Shown: in pieces, positions 37,389 through 46,474 of the stretch | How positions within the stretch are numbered: the first letter of the stretch is position 1 | How the letters are laid out: every line of letters starts with the position of its first letter | Origin: a virus | Lineage: Duplodnaviria; Heunggongvirae; Uroviricota; Caudoviricetes | DNA length: 64,000 nucleotides | Reading direction: 5' to 3' (one strand) | Virus record (IMG/VR): IMGVR_UViG_3300010413_000002 | Span: 1-64,000 of that record | Translations under genes and position numbers: made by a program | Notes under the pieces: model-generated | Told to the model about the DNA's origin: nothing | Seen by the model: only the letters and a program-made list of their open reading frames with translations | Databases searched by the model: none

Positions 37389-38208
37389 AAATCTCATTAA
37401 ACCAATTGTATTTTTCTTTTTTGCTTTTCTTTTTAATTTCTTCTTTAGCAAAAGTTTTTGATCTTCTTCTGTTTTTCTTTATTTCTTTTAAAACGTCTTC
37501 AATCTTTTTTTTATCATGATAATTTGAAAATAATTGCTTTTTCTTACTTTTCTTTTTTTTGAAATTTTTCCATTTAATTTTATTATAATCTATATCTTCA
37601 TTACAATAATCATGATGTTTTTCACAAACTGCTTTATATTTATCTCCATCGCCAACAACAACCAAATTTTTGTTTTTAATGATTCTGCCAGTGCAAGTTC
37701 CTTTTTCGCAACAGCCTTCAACACTGCATTCAGCAGTTAGATAAGTAATATTTTTACTTTTAATCAATCCATCTCCTATTAATTTCTTTGTTATTGGGAA
37801 ATATTCATTCTTGAAGTCTCTATCTAAACCAGCTAAAAATATTTCTATTCCTTGATTACTAAAAACTTTAATCATTTTAATAAATCCTTCAACTTCTTTT
37901 TTATTATTAATTCCAAAAAATTGGAGTTCATCTATAGCAATGGCTTTTATGCCTTTGTTTTCTTTAATGATTTTTTCTATATCTTTATAATTTTTAACAG
38001 AATAAGCTTCTGTTTCTTTTCCTGTCCTTGATAATACTTTGTTTTTGCCATATCTGTCATCATCAAAGGTGTGCTTAAAACATATAGCCTTTTTTTTATT
38101 TTTTTTACAAAGCTCAATGTATTCTACAACTGCATTTGATTTGCCAGCATACATTGATCCTGTATATAATTTTACTCTTTTTATAGAGGTTTTTGTCTTT
38201 TTTTCCAT
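37387..38208 (-). CDS. tdk: Thymidine kinase with C-terminal Zn ribbon and Lys-rich tail.
   Basis: LYTGSMYAGKSNAVVEYIE (P-loop), IDELQFF, C..C / CEKHH zinc ribbon. Confidence 0.85.
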   Translation of the reverse strand: MEKKTKTSIKRVKLYTGSMYAGKSNAVVEYIELCKKNKKKAICFKHTFDDDRYGKNKVLSRTGKETEAYSVKNYKDIEKIIKENKGIKAIAIDELQFFGINNKKEVEGFIKMIKVFSNQGIEIFLAGLDRDFKNEYFPITKKLIGDGLIKSKNITYLTAECSVEGCCEKGTCTGRIIKNKNLVVVGDGDKYKAVCEKHHDYCNEDIDYNKIKWKNFKKKKSKKKQLFSNYHDKKKIEDVLKEIKKNRRRSKTFAKEEIKKKSKKEKYNWFNEI

Positions 38209-38302
38209 AACTTTCTTTTTTTAATTAAATTTAATAAATTCTTTACAAAACTGATTTTGCTTATTACAATGTATAATATCATAATAATAAAACAAAAACA
38301 AG

Positions 38303-38617
38303 ATGTTTAACGAACTTAATTTAGAAGAATTTAAAGAAATAATAAAATCTGATAAACCTATACTAATAGATTTTTATGGAAAACATTGTCCTCAATGTAA
38401 AATAATTGCTCCAATCTTAGAAGAATTATCAAGTAAAATGAAAGATAAACTAGGTTTTTACAAGTTTGATATTAATCAAGATTTAGAAGTAGCGAAAGAA
38501 TATAATATTCAAAGCCTTCCAACTATAATTATTTTTAAGGAAGGTAAAACTTTAAACGTTAGAACTGGAAGCGGTTCTAAAAAGATTATTCAAGATTGGA
38601 TTAATGAAAAAATTTAG
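38303..38617 (+). CDS. Thioredoxin-fold protein (CPQC active site).
   Basis: FYGKHCPQCKIIAP. 104 aa. Confidence 0.7.
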   Translation: MFNELNLEEFKEIIKSDKPILIDFYGKHCPQCKIIAPILEELSSKMKDKLGFYKFDINQDLEVAKEYNIQSLPTIIIFKEGKTLNVRTGSGSKKIIQDWINEKI

Positions 38618-39068
38618 TATTTTATTATTAAGTATATTTTTGATTGCAACTTGTCCAATAAATGAATTTAAAGTTGTTAAAGTTATAGATGGAGATACTT
38701 TTGATATAGAAGAGATTGGACGAATTAGATTAATTGGAGTTGACGCATATGATTCACGTAGTACAAGAATGATTAGAAAGCAATCAGAGAGAACTGGGTA
38801 TAACCAAAAGAAAATTAAACAACTTGGAGTTAAAGCTACTGAATTTGCAAAAATTATTCTATTTGGAAAATGTGTAATTTTAAAAAAAGATTATAAAGAT
38901 ACAGGTAGTTTTAAAAGAAAATTAAGACAAGTAGAAGTTGAAAATAAAGATTTTGGAGAATTGCTACTAAAACGAGAATTAGGAAACGCTTATTGTGGAG
39001 ACCAAAAAGTTGCAATGTTTCAATATTACAACCAATTAAGTAAATTTAAGTGCAAAAATAAGAAGTGA
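38604..39068 (+). CDS. Secreted thermonuclease (staphylococcal-nuclease-like).
   Basis: Signal peptide. VIDGDTFDIEEIGRIRLIGVDAYDSRS matches the SNase motif V-x-DGDT...R-L-x-G-I-D-A-P-E. Confidence 0.75.
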   Translation: MKKFSILLLSIFLIATCPINEFKVVKVIDGDTFDIEEIGRIRLIGVDAYDSRSTRMIRKQSERTGYNQKKIKQLGVKATEFAKIILFGKCVILKKDYKDTGSFKRKLRQVEVENKDFGELLLKRELGNAYCGDQKVAMFQYYNQLSKFKCKNKK

Positions 39069-39257
39069 TACTAAAAGTATAAATCTCTATACAACCTATA
39101 GTAATTATAAAAAATGTTAAAAAAACACCAAAAAATACTTAAAAGTAATAAAAATTTTATCCTCAAAGTGTAGTTTTTTTGGCAAAATACTTCCCTAAAA
39201 ATTAAGAAAAAATTAAAATCATATACATAATGTATTTGTTTAATAAAAGATAATCTA

Positions 39258-40052
39258 ATGAACAAAAAATTTTTATCGATTTTATCTGAATATATTCCAA
39301 CTTCAAAAACTGGAACTCAATTTGAAAGCGAATTGAGAAAAATGAATATTTCAAGACAAGAATTAGCACATCTTTTTGGAGTGCCTGTTAATACAATTGC
39401 AAGAAAATTTAATAAAAACAGTCAGCATTATAAAAAGAAACAAAAAAAAGTTATAGAAGAATGGGCTTTGTATGGTATAAAATGTGCTATTAATGATATA
39501 GAAAAAAGAGCTGAAGAAGTTAAAAAAAGAAAAGTAGAAGAAGCTAAACAGCTTGTAACATACGCAAAAGGAGAGCTTACGAATAGAGATATAATTATGG
39601 CTGAAAAGAGAGTTGATATTTTACAAGCGATAGAGGTTTATGGTGCTAATATCAAGAAAATTTCTAAATCAGTAAACTTACATCCAACAACGATTTTAAA
39701 ACATATTTTAAGCGATGAAGAATTAAAAAATGAATTTGAGATAAGAGGAGAATTTGATATTTTAGATCAAATGAAAATCTTGAAAGATATTGCCAAAAAT
39801 AAAGAATCTAGTGATAAAGATAGAATTAGTGCAGCAAAAGAGGTTATAAAAAACACTAAATCAAAACTTTTAGATAAAAATAATGAAAATTTCAATAATA
39901 AACCAATTGGACCAAATAATTTTTTCATTAAACAATTTCCTAAAAAAAATAAAGTAAAGGAGATAACTCCAACTAGAGATAATATTATTGAAGATGAGGA
40001 AGGAAACGAATTTGTAATTATAGATAATGACGAACACGATAAAAAAATTTAA
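39258..40052 (+). CDS. HTH DNA-binding protein (function unknown).
   Basis: ELAHLFGVPVNTIARKF helix-turn-helix. Confidence 0.45.
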   Translation: MNKKFLSILSEYIPTSKTGTQFESELRKMNISRQELAHLFGVPVNTIARKFNKNSQHYKKKQKKVIEEWALYGIKCAINDIEKRAEEVKKRKVEEAKQLVTYAKGELTNRDIIMAEKRVDILQAIEVYGANIKKISKSVNLHPTTILKHILSDEELKNEFEIRGEFDILDQMKILKDIAKNKESSDKDRISAAKEVIKNTKSKLLDKNNENFNNKPIGPNNFFIKQFPKKNKVKEITPTRDNIIEDEEGNEFVIIDNDEHDKKI

Positions 40053-40461
40053 GAGATGTATTATTTGCGGCAAAGAAAAACCACTTTCTGAATTTTATAA
40101 ACAACATAATTATTTTAAAGGACGAGTAAAACCTACACTTAAATACAATAAAAAATGTAAAAGATGTTTTATTGATAAATTTAGAAATCCTTGGGTTGAA
40201 AAAAATAAAGAATTGCAAAAAATTTATAGAAAAAATTATTATTTAAAAAAAACTGGCAAATTCGATAAAATTGATAAAAGTGAATACAAAGGCAGAATTT
40301 GTGAAAGATCGCATAGAATTGTTAACCATTTAAAACGAGAAAAGAATAAAAAGATGATAAATGATTTTCAAACTAATGCTCGTCTTTTAAAAAATGAAGA
40401 TAAAGCAAAAATAGATGCAAAATATCAAGAAATAGTTGATATTTTGACACCTAAGAATTAA
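40027..40461 (+). CDS. Zinc-finger basic protein (paralog family C).
   Basis: CIICGKEKPLSEFY...CKRC...W..KNKELQKIYRKNYY. Confidence 0.45.
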   Translation: MTNTIKKFKRCIICGKEKPLSEFYKQHNYFKGRVKPTLKYNKKCKRCFIDKFRNPWVEKNKELQKIYRKNYYLKKTGKFDKIDKSEYKGRICERSHRIVNHLKREKNKKMINDFQTNARLLKNEDKAKIDAKYQEIVDILTPKN

Positions 40462-40787
40462 AATTTTAGATTATTTTTTAGGATAAAATATCCTATCATT
40501 AGAAAAAACATGTTGGCTCAGTTTTTTATAGGTTTATATATTAAGATTAATTCAATTAATCTTTGTAAAGTAAAAATGTATTTTTATTTAAATGTAAAAA
40601 TGATATTTAAGATTTTTTTTCATATATTTTATTTTTATTAAATTAATACAACTTTCAAATTTAAGATTAGCATTTTTATTTTTAAATGTCAAGCGTTTTT
40701 GAATATTTTTTTGATGATTGTTGTAAATTTATATGTCACAAAAGAATAATTCTATAATATATTAAATATAGTTTTGTTTTTTTTATT

Positions 40788-40955
40788 AATTAATAACTAT
40801 TTCGTCTACTCTTCAATTTATTAATCAAATATTGTTTTTTTATTTTAAACCTCCAATATTCTTTTTCTTCTTTCTCTATTTCTTCAACGTATTTTTTATA
40901 AATTTCCTCCATTGCTTTTTTTGAGGTTAGTTTTTTAATTTCGTTTTGTTTTTCC
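40788..40955 (-). CDS. Small hypothetical protein (55 aa, below the track cutoff).
   Basis: Hand-translated MEKQNEIKKLTSKKAMEEIYKKYVEEIEKEEKEYWRF...; co-directional, 14 nt after the stop of 40969-41217. Confidence 0.3.
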
Positions 40956-40968
40956 ATTTTTTTTTAAT

Positions 40969-41217
40969 TTATGTATCGTCATTGTCTTCCTCCATTGGGA
41001 AAATGGTTTTATAACTTGCTTTCATCACTTCACATATATGTGAAACGTCTATTGTATATGGTTTATCTATTTTAATATCTCCATAGTAAACAGGAAAAAC
41101 AAACATTTCATTGTCTTGAATTTTTAACACCAAATGCCAACCAATATCACACAAATACACTCTATCTCCTGCCTTAATTTCTAATTCATTCCATTTTATA
41201 ATTTCTTCTTTACTCAT
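40969..41217 (-). CDS. Hypothetical protein.
   Basis: 82-aa ORF. Confidence 0.45.
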   Translation of the reverse strand: MSKEEIIKWNELEIKAGDRVYLCDIGWHLVLKIQDNEMFVFPVYYGDIKIDKPYTIDVSHICEVMKASYKTIFPMEEDNDDT

Positions 41218-41638
41218 CTTTGTACTCCTTTATGTTGTGAATATTACCTATAACTTTAATACAAAGTTGTCCTTTTTCATTAGTTCCAACTCTGTGTAAA
41301 AAATTACTATCCATTTTTTCTCTGCAATTTATCCAACAAAAATGGTCTTTATCTAATTCTATTTTAACAAGTTTATCATTTTCAAAAGGCAATATTCCTT
41401 TATCCCTTTCCCAAACTCTTTTGCCCTCAATATCATAATGACCAGTCCATTTATCAGGTTTTTTTATTATTTCTATAAGATTGTTTCTTATATCGAAAAC
41501 ACTTAAATCTAAATCATTGGGAAGAATATAATGTTTATTTTTTAGTTTTATATAATAGCCGTAAACAAAACGTTTTATTTTGCTATTTTTGAATTTTATT
41601 ATTCCTCTTGCAATAAAGCTGTTCATTTCATTTTTCAT
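41210..41638 (-). CDS. Hypothetical protein.
   Basis: 142-aa ORF. Confidence 0.5.
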   Translation of the reverse strand: MKNEMNSFIARGIIKFKNSKIKRFVYGYYIKLKNKHYILPNDLDLSVFDIRNNLIEIIKKPDKWTGHYDIEGKRVWERDKGILPFENDKLVKIELDKDHFCWINCREKMDSNFLHRVGTNEKGQLCIKVIGNIHNIKEYKDE

Positions 41639-41922
41639 TTTTGTTTTTGGTTGGTTAAAAATAATAATTTATAAGCATTATTTTTATTTAATTCAACTTC
41701 TTTATTATTATAAAATAATCTTGTCTCTCTAATAACTTCCCATTTTTTATTTTCGTATAATTTATTAATATCAATTGTAAATTTTATATTCTTAAATGTA
41801 AATTTAATCATTCTAACAATTTGATACTTTCCAGAAGTATAATCGTAAAAATCAACAAAATATTGTTCTTCTTCTTTTTTAAACTTTTTAATATTTTTTT
41901 GTATAAAACTTATTAACTTCAT
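41635..41922 (-). CDS. Hypothetical protein.
   Basis: 95-aa ORF. Confidence 0.45.
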   Translation of the reverse strand: MKLISFIQKNIKKFKKEEEQYFVDFYDYTSGKYQIVRMIKFTFKNIKFTIDINKLYENKKWEVIRETRLFYNNKEVELNKNNAYKLLFLTNQKQK

Positions 41923-41994
41923 TTTTCATTTTTCATCTTTATTCAGTTTCACGAAAAAATCGTGCAACTCATTTTTACTTAACTTGACCACTAG

Positions 41995-42420
41995 TTAAAC
42001 AACAAAAACCCCATTGCCTAACTCTTGAAATGGTTGCGGTTCTCGGTTGGTTTCCTTGTAAACGTGAGCCGACCATTGTTTTAAGGCTTCAAGGATTAGA
42101 TTATAGTATTTGTCTCTTTCTGTGTTAGATTTAAACTCTTTTTTAGCTATATACAAATCCATCATCGCACAGATTTTTTTCCCATTTGAACAACATTCTC
42201 CTCTTAAACCTATCCATTTTCCATACTTTTTCACATTTACAGCAAAAAGTTCTGCACATTTGAAACTTTTTATTGTGATACTATTACTTGCCTTAAAAGT
42301 AGGATAATCTTTAAAAAAAGGTCTAATTTCTTGTTGCCACCAGCTCTTATTTTGTTCTATGATTTGAAACGCTAAAGCCTTCTCGAATTTAACCAATTGA
42401 AATTTAAGATTTTGTTTCAT
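41995..42420 (-). CDS. Hypothetical protein (3' end locally GC-richer).
   Basis: 141-aa ORF. Confidence 0.45.
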   Translation of the reverse strand: MKQNLKFQLVKFEKALAFQIIEQNKSWWQQEIRPFFKDYPTFKASNSITIKSFKCAELFAVNVKKYGKWIGLRGECCSNGKKICAMMDLYIAKKEFKSNTERDKYYNLILEALKQWSAHVYKETNREPQPFQELGNGVFVV

Positions 42421-42595
42421 TTTTATCTTTATTGTTTGATTCTTTCAAATTATTTATAAAATTAATCATATGGTCTGCACATCTTGTAAATCCTTTACAT
42501 AACCCTTTAGATTCTCCTTCACTATAGTCAATTAATCCTTCGTGAGGTTCTTTTACTTTTTCTAATTCTTTTAAAATTTTTTCTTTTAAATCCAT
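42404..42595 (-). CDS. Hypothetical small protein.
   Basis: 63-aa ORF. Confidence 0.35.
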   Translation of the reverse strand: MDLKEKILKELEKVKEPHEGLIDYSEGESKGLCKGFTRCADHMINFINNLKESNNKDKNETKS

Positions 42596-42839
42596 TTTTA
42601 CCTTCCTTTTTTTGTTAATAAATTATTTAATCTTCATATTCAGTCCATTCATCTTTTCTTGATTTTTCTAATAATTCTTTATATTTCATAAGCTCTTGTT
42701 TTGTATGATTTAACTCTTGTTTTAATTCTATAATTTTATTTTTTGCTTTTTTTAAAGCTTCTCTCAAAATTTTTTCTTGCGACATACTTTTCCTAAATTA
42801 TTCCATAATGTTTTTTATGCATTATTTTTTTATTATTGT

Positions 42840-43118
42840 TTAATATTCAACATTACTTAGTTTTATACTTTTGCACTTTTTGCATTTATAAACCGCTACT
42901 TTTTTTGTGGGTGATTGTAAATAACAATCTAATTTGTATTCGTGAAAATGTGGCGGAAAAAATCCATAACTATAAAAAAATACTAATAAAAACGAAGAAA
43001 TTATATTAATACCAAAAAAAGTTATAGTATCATATCTAAAAATTGCTCTTAAAACTATATTGACAATCCAAATTAACAAAAATATAATACTTGTTATTTT
43101 TTTACTTTTTTCAGCCAT
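42840..43118 (-). CDS. Small membrane protein with C-terminal Cys pair.
   Basis: Two transmembrane segments plus CKKCKS. Confidence 0.4.
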   Translation of the reverse strand: MAEKSKKITSIIFLLIWIVNIVLRAIFRYDTITFFGINIISSFLLVFFYSYGFFPPHFHEYKLDCYLQSPTKKVAVYKCKKCKSIKLSNVEY

Positions 43119-43137
43119 CTCCTTCCTCCTTTATTTA

Positions 43138-43524
43138 TTATCTCATAAACTTTATTAAATTCTTAATAGTATCAATAAAATTTTTCTTCTTTTCTTTATC
43201 TTTTACATCTTGCAAAAGTCTACTTATAATTAAAATTTCTTTGTTTAAATCATCGTAATCAATGTTTTCAATAATGTTAGAATTATTGTTTTCATTGTTA
43301 TTATCTAAACCATCAAAAAAGTATATAATAGGAACTTTTAAAATTTTTGAAAGTTTGTAAAGCTTTCCAGCAGAGATTCTATTCTCTCCCTTTTCATACT
43401 TTTGTATTTGTTGAAAAGTAATTTTCATTAATTTTCCTACTTTTTGTTGGGATAAGCCCAAATTAATTCTTCTTAATTTTAACTTTTTTCCAACATGAAT
43501 GTCAATGTTTGTTACTCTTTTCAT
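43138..43524 (-). CDS. XRE-family (Cro/CI-type) HTH transcriptional regulator.
   Basis: LKLRRINLGLSQQKVGKLMKITFQQIQKYEKGENRISAGKLYKLSKIL. Confidence 0.75.
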   Translation of the reverse strand: MKRVTNIDIHVGKKLKLRRINLGLSQQKVGKLMKITFQQIQKYEKGENRISAGKLYKLSKILKVPIIYFFDGLDNNNENNNSNIIENIDYDDLNKEILIISRLLQDVKDKEKKKNFIDTIKNLIKFMR

Positions 43525-43614
43525 AATTCCTTTTTTTAATTAATATTTAATAATCCCGTATTTTGTTTTTTCTATATTTATTCTAAATTTGAATAACATT
43601 TCATAAATCATTGT

Positions 43615-44907
43615 TTATTTATTAATAACTTTTTTGAATTTGTCTATCATAATATCAATAGTTTTTTCCCAAGTAAACAATTTAGATCTTTCTAATCCCT
43701 TTTTAATTAACTCATTTCTTAATCTTTTGTTATAATATAAACCTTCATAAGCTTTTAACAAATCATTTTTCTTTTTTGGATTAATTAAAATTCCTGCATT
43801 TCCAACTACTTCTGGTAAGGAAGAAGTGTTTGAACTTATGACTGGAGTTCCGCATTTCATAGCTTCTAGTGGAGGAAGTCCAAAGCCTTCATATAAACTC
43901 GGATAAACGAAAAACATAGAGCCACTATATAATGGAGCTAAATCTTCATCGTCTACATATCCAATTTTAATTATTTTGTTTTTGTGTTTATTTAAATTTT
44001 TAATCTCTTTGTTTAATAGAACAATAAATTTTTCCCAATGAGAGCCTCCTAATATGAAGTATAAATCATCTATTTTGTTCTTTTTTATAAACTCAACAAA
44101 ACATTTAATTGCATGTATTAAGTTTTTTCTTGGTTCTAATGTACATAAACTAAAGATATATTTAGATTTTTTTGGTATATTATACTTTTTTAAAACTTTG
44201 TTTATTTTTCTTTTATTTTTACAATAATAAAAATTGTTTGATGTTGCAAGAGGTATTGTTATTATCTTGTTCTTATCAACTTTTTTATTATATTTTAATA
44301 AATCTTTTTTTGTAAAGTCTGAAATAGTAAAGATATTACTATCTTTATTTAAAGAGTTATAAGTATTCTCAAACCAACCACCTTGTCTTTTTTTGTAAGA
44401 ATAATCTTTTAAAACTAAAGGGATTATATCATGAATCATAATATAACTTTTAATACTTTTTTCTTTTTTAATGAAAGTTGGTATTTTATAAATAGTTGAA
44501 ATATAGTCTGTAATTTTGTAAGATTTTAATGTATCTTTTTTTATGATTATCTTTAATAATTTTAAAGAAATAGAAATTAATAATTTAATAAGATTTAAAA
44601 TATTTTTAGTTAAAAAATCTCTTTTTCTTCTTAATTGCTTCAATTTATTAATTAAAGAAAGTAGTTTTTTTTCTAAATATTTTGATTCATTAAAAAATTT
44701 TAAGTTTTTAAAACAATTTTCTTTTCTAAAAGTGTCGATTAAATACATTAAGTCTTCTTCAATATAGCAAATTACATTAATATCTTTTCTTTTAAGAAGT
44801 TCTAATAAGATATTTCTACATACAAAGTATATTCCACTTCTATAACTATTATTTAATAATCCTTGTGCGAGTAATGTTGTATCATATAAAATATTTTTCT
44901 TTTTCAT
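43615..44907 (-). CDS. Glycosyltransferase, family GT1 (GT4-like).
   Basis: C-terminal EGFGLPPLEAMKCGTPVISSNTSSLPEVVGNAG signature (E-x7-E motif region). Confidence 0.75.
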   Translation of the reverse strand: MKKKNILYDTTLLAQGLLNNSYRSGIYFVCRNILLELLKRKDINVICYIEEDLMYLIDTFRKENCFKNLKFFNESKYLEKKLLSLINKLKQLRRKRDFLTKNILNLIKLLISISLKLLKIIIKKDTLKSYKITDYISTIYKIPTFIKKEKSIKSYIMIHDIIPLVLKDYSYKKRQGGWFENTYNSLNKDSNIFTISDFTKKDLLKYNKKVDKNKIITIPLATSNNFYYCKNKRKINKVLKKYNIPKKSKYIFSLCTLEPRKNLIHAIKCFVEFIKKNKIDDLYFILGGSHWEKFIVLLNKEIKNLNKHKNKIIKIGYVDDEDLAPLYSGSMFFVYPSLYEGFGLPPLEAMKCGTPVISSNTSSLPEVVGNAGILINPKKKNDLLKAYEGLYYNKRLRNELIKKGLERSKLFTWEKTIDIMIDKFKKVINK

Positions 44908-44918
44908 TTATTTCATTT

Positions 44919-45131
44919 TTATTTAATAAAATATCCATTTAAACATAAATTTTCAAATTTAAAACTATTAATTTTTATCCATTCTTTTGTTTTTTTAAAT
45001 GAATCATTTCCAAATTCTTTTTTCATACTTTCGACAGAGAATTTTTCGTCGCAACTTAAAACTTCATAGAAGTCATACTCATCTTTACAAATTTTAATAT
45101 TACAATTGTTTTCTTTATAAATTTTAAACAT
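44919..45131 (-). CDS. Hypothetical small protein.
   Basis: 70-aa ORF. Confidence 0.35.
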   Translation of the reverse strand: MFKIYKENNCNIKICKDEYDFYEVLSCDEKFSVESMKKEFGNDSFKKTKEWIKINSFKFENLCLNGYFIK

Positions 45132-45278
45132 CTTTCTCCTTTTTGTTTTTAATAAAAAAAATTTTTTGCATTTTTTTCTTCTTTTTTTATCTCTAGTATA
45201 GATTGGGTATCTTTTTTATCAATTTCGTTAATCTCCATTGAAATTTGACCCCTTAAAATTGATTTTTTAATCATATAT

Positions 45279-45842
45279 TTAAATATTGTTTTGTAAATAT
45301 TCTAAAATATCTAAAAATTCGCTTGTTTTCAACATGTTTTTTTGATTGTTTTCAAAAATATAAGCCTTTAAAAAATTAATTGCTTTATTTTTTGTTAAAG
45401 GAGCTTCTTTTTTATACTGAAATTTATCTTTTCTATCTTTATATTCTAAAATTTTGCTACTATAACAAGAGGCTTTATGAAAAATTTTATTAAAATATTC
45501 TCTAGCTTTTAAGAATCCTTCTTTTTTTCCAATATTTTCTATATATTCTACACTTTTTAAATATCTTTGTAAATATCTAAATTCAATCTTTCTTTTCATT
45601 AAAGATGGGTAATTATATTTAATTTCTTTAAATAATTTAGAAATTTTTACTAAATTATAATAAAGTTCGACTTCTTCTTGTTCTAAATCTTCTTTATAAT
45701 GTTTTGCTATATTTATCCATTTATAATTTTTATATTTTTTACTATCGCATTCGCCTGTATATCTTATTATCATATATTGAATACGCTCATAAAAATCTTT
45801 TTTCGCTTCTTCTTCTAATTGTTTCTTACTTTTTCTTCCCAT
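45279..45842 (-). CDS. Hypothetical protein.
   Basis: 187-aa ORF downstream of a perfect-consensus promoter. Confidence 0.5.
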   Translation of the reverse strand: MGRKSKKQLEEEAKKDFYERIQYMIIRYTGECDSKKYKNYKWINIAKHYKEDLEQEEVELYYNLVKISKLFKEIKYNYPSLMKRKIEFRYLQRYLKSVEYIENIGKKEGFLKAREYFNKIFHKASCYSSKILEYKDRKDKFQYKKEAPLTKNKAINFLKAYIFENNQKNMLKTSEFLDILEYLQNNI

Positions 45843-45892
45843 TTTAATCTATTATGAATTATTCTTTATTTTATAAAAAGAATTATAACTTA

Positions 45893-45941
45893 AAGAAAAT
45901 AATTGTCAAGTAAAATCCGACAGAAAAATATTTTTTAAAAA
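45893..45941 (-). promoter_or_regulatory. Leftward sigma70-type promoter (TTGACA-16-TATAAT) plus conserved upstream cassette.
   Basis: Minus-strand TTGACA at + coordinates 45915-45920 and TATAAT at 45893-45898. The 35-nt block 45907-45941 is identical to 49159-49193. Confidence 0.55.
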
Positions 45942-45967
45942 AAAGTAAGTTATACACAAAAAAAACT

Positions 45968-46101
45968 TGACAATTAAAAATGTTTAATATATAATTATAT
46001 TAGATTACAAATTGTGGCTCAGTTTTAATCTATACAACTTTAATCTCCGAAAGAGATTTTTTTTCATAGAGGATCGATATTTATTATTGATCCTTTTTTT
46101 G
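45968..46101 (+). ncRNA. Candidate ~100-nt small RNA: promoter, two hairpins and an intrinsic terminator.
   Basis: TTGACA (45968-45973), 17-nt spacer, TATAAT (45991-45996). Hairpin AATCTC-CGAAA-GAGATT. Terminator AGGATCGAT-atttatt-ATTGATCCT plus a T7 run ending about 46101. No ORF. Confidence 0.45.
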
Positions 46102-46114
46102 TTTTTGCAAAAAA

Positions 46115-46285
46115 ATAAGAGGAGATTTTAATTCCCCTCTATTATCGTCACACTATCCCGTACGAACCAATTTACATTGGTATTCAAGGATAGATAGTTA
46201 ATTTTGCTATCTATCCACTATCACTACTACTATCTAATGCAATTGCATTAATACTAATATATAATATCTTTTTAAAAAGTCAAGA
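46115..46285 (-). ncRNA. Candidate minus-strand small RNA convergent with the plus-strand sRNA.
   Basis: Leftward promoter (TTGACT-16/17-TATATT on the minus strand, about 46250-46285). 10-bp perfect hairpin GGATAGATAG-9nt-CTATCTATCC (46189-46217). Minus-strand terminator AGAGGGG-aattaaaat-CTCCTCT plus a U-run (about 46115-46148). Confidence 0.4.
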
Positions 46286-46474
46286 AAAATTTGAGTTTTT
46301 AAAAAACCATATTAAAAATATTATAATAATTGCAAAAATCATATTTCCTCCTTATAGAGTGAGAATAGTAGTAGTGCATAAAAAAATAACACTCTCACTC
46401 CAAAAAACTAGATTTTTATTAAATTAGTTTCTATTTAATTATAGCTAATAAAAATAAAAAATCAAGATGTTTTC

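Noticed and set aside
40462-40790. Second replication origin or pac site in the AT-rich 330-nt gap (10-bp palindrome AAGATTAATT-c-AATTAATCTT at about 40541-40561; AGGATA-aaa-TATCCT at about 40481-40495).
   Set aside because: Palindromes built from ATTAAT-type words are expected by chance at this base composition; there are no iterons or GC-skew evidence.
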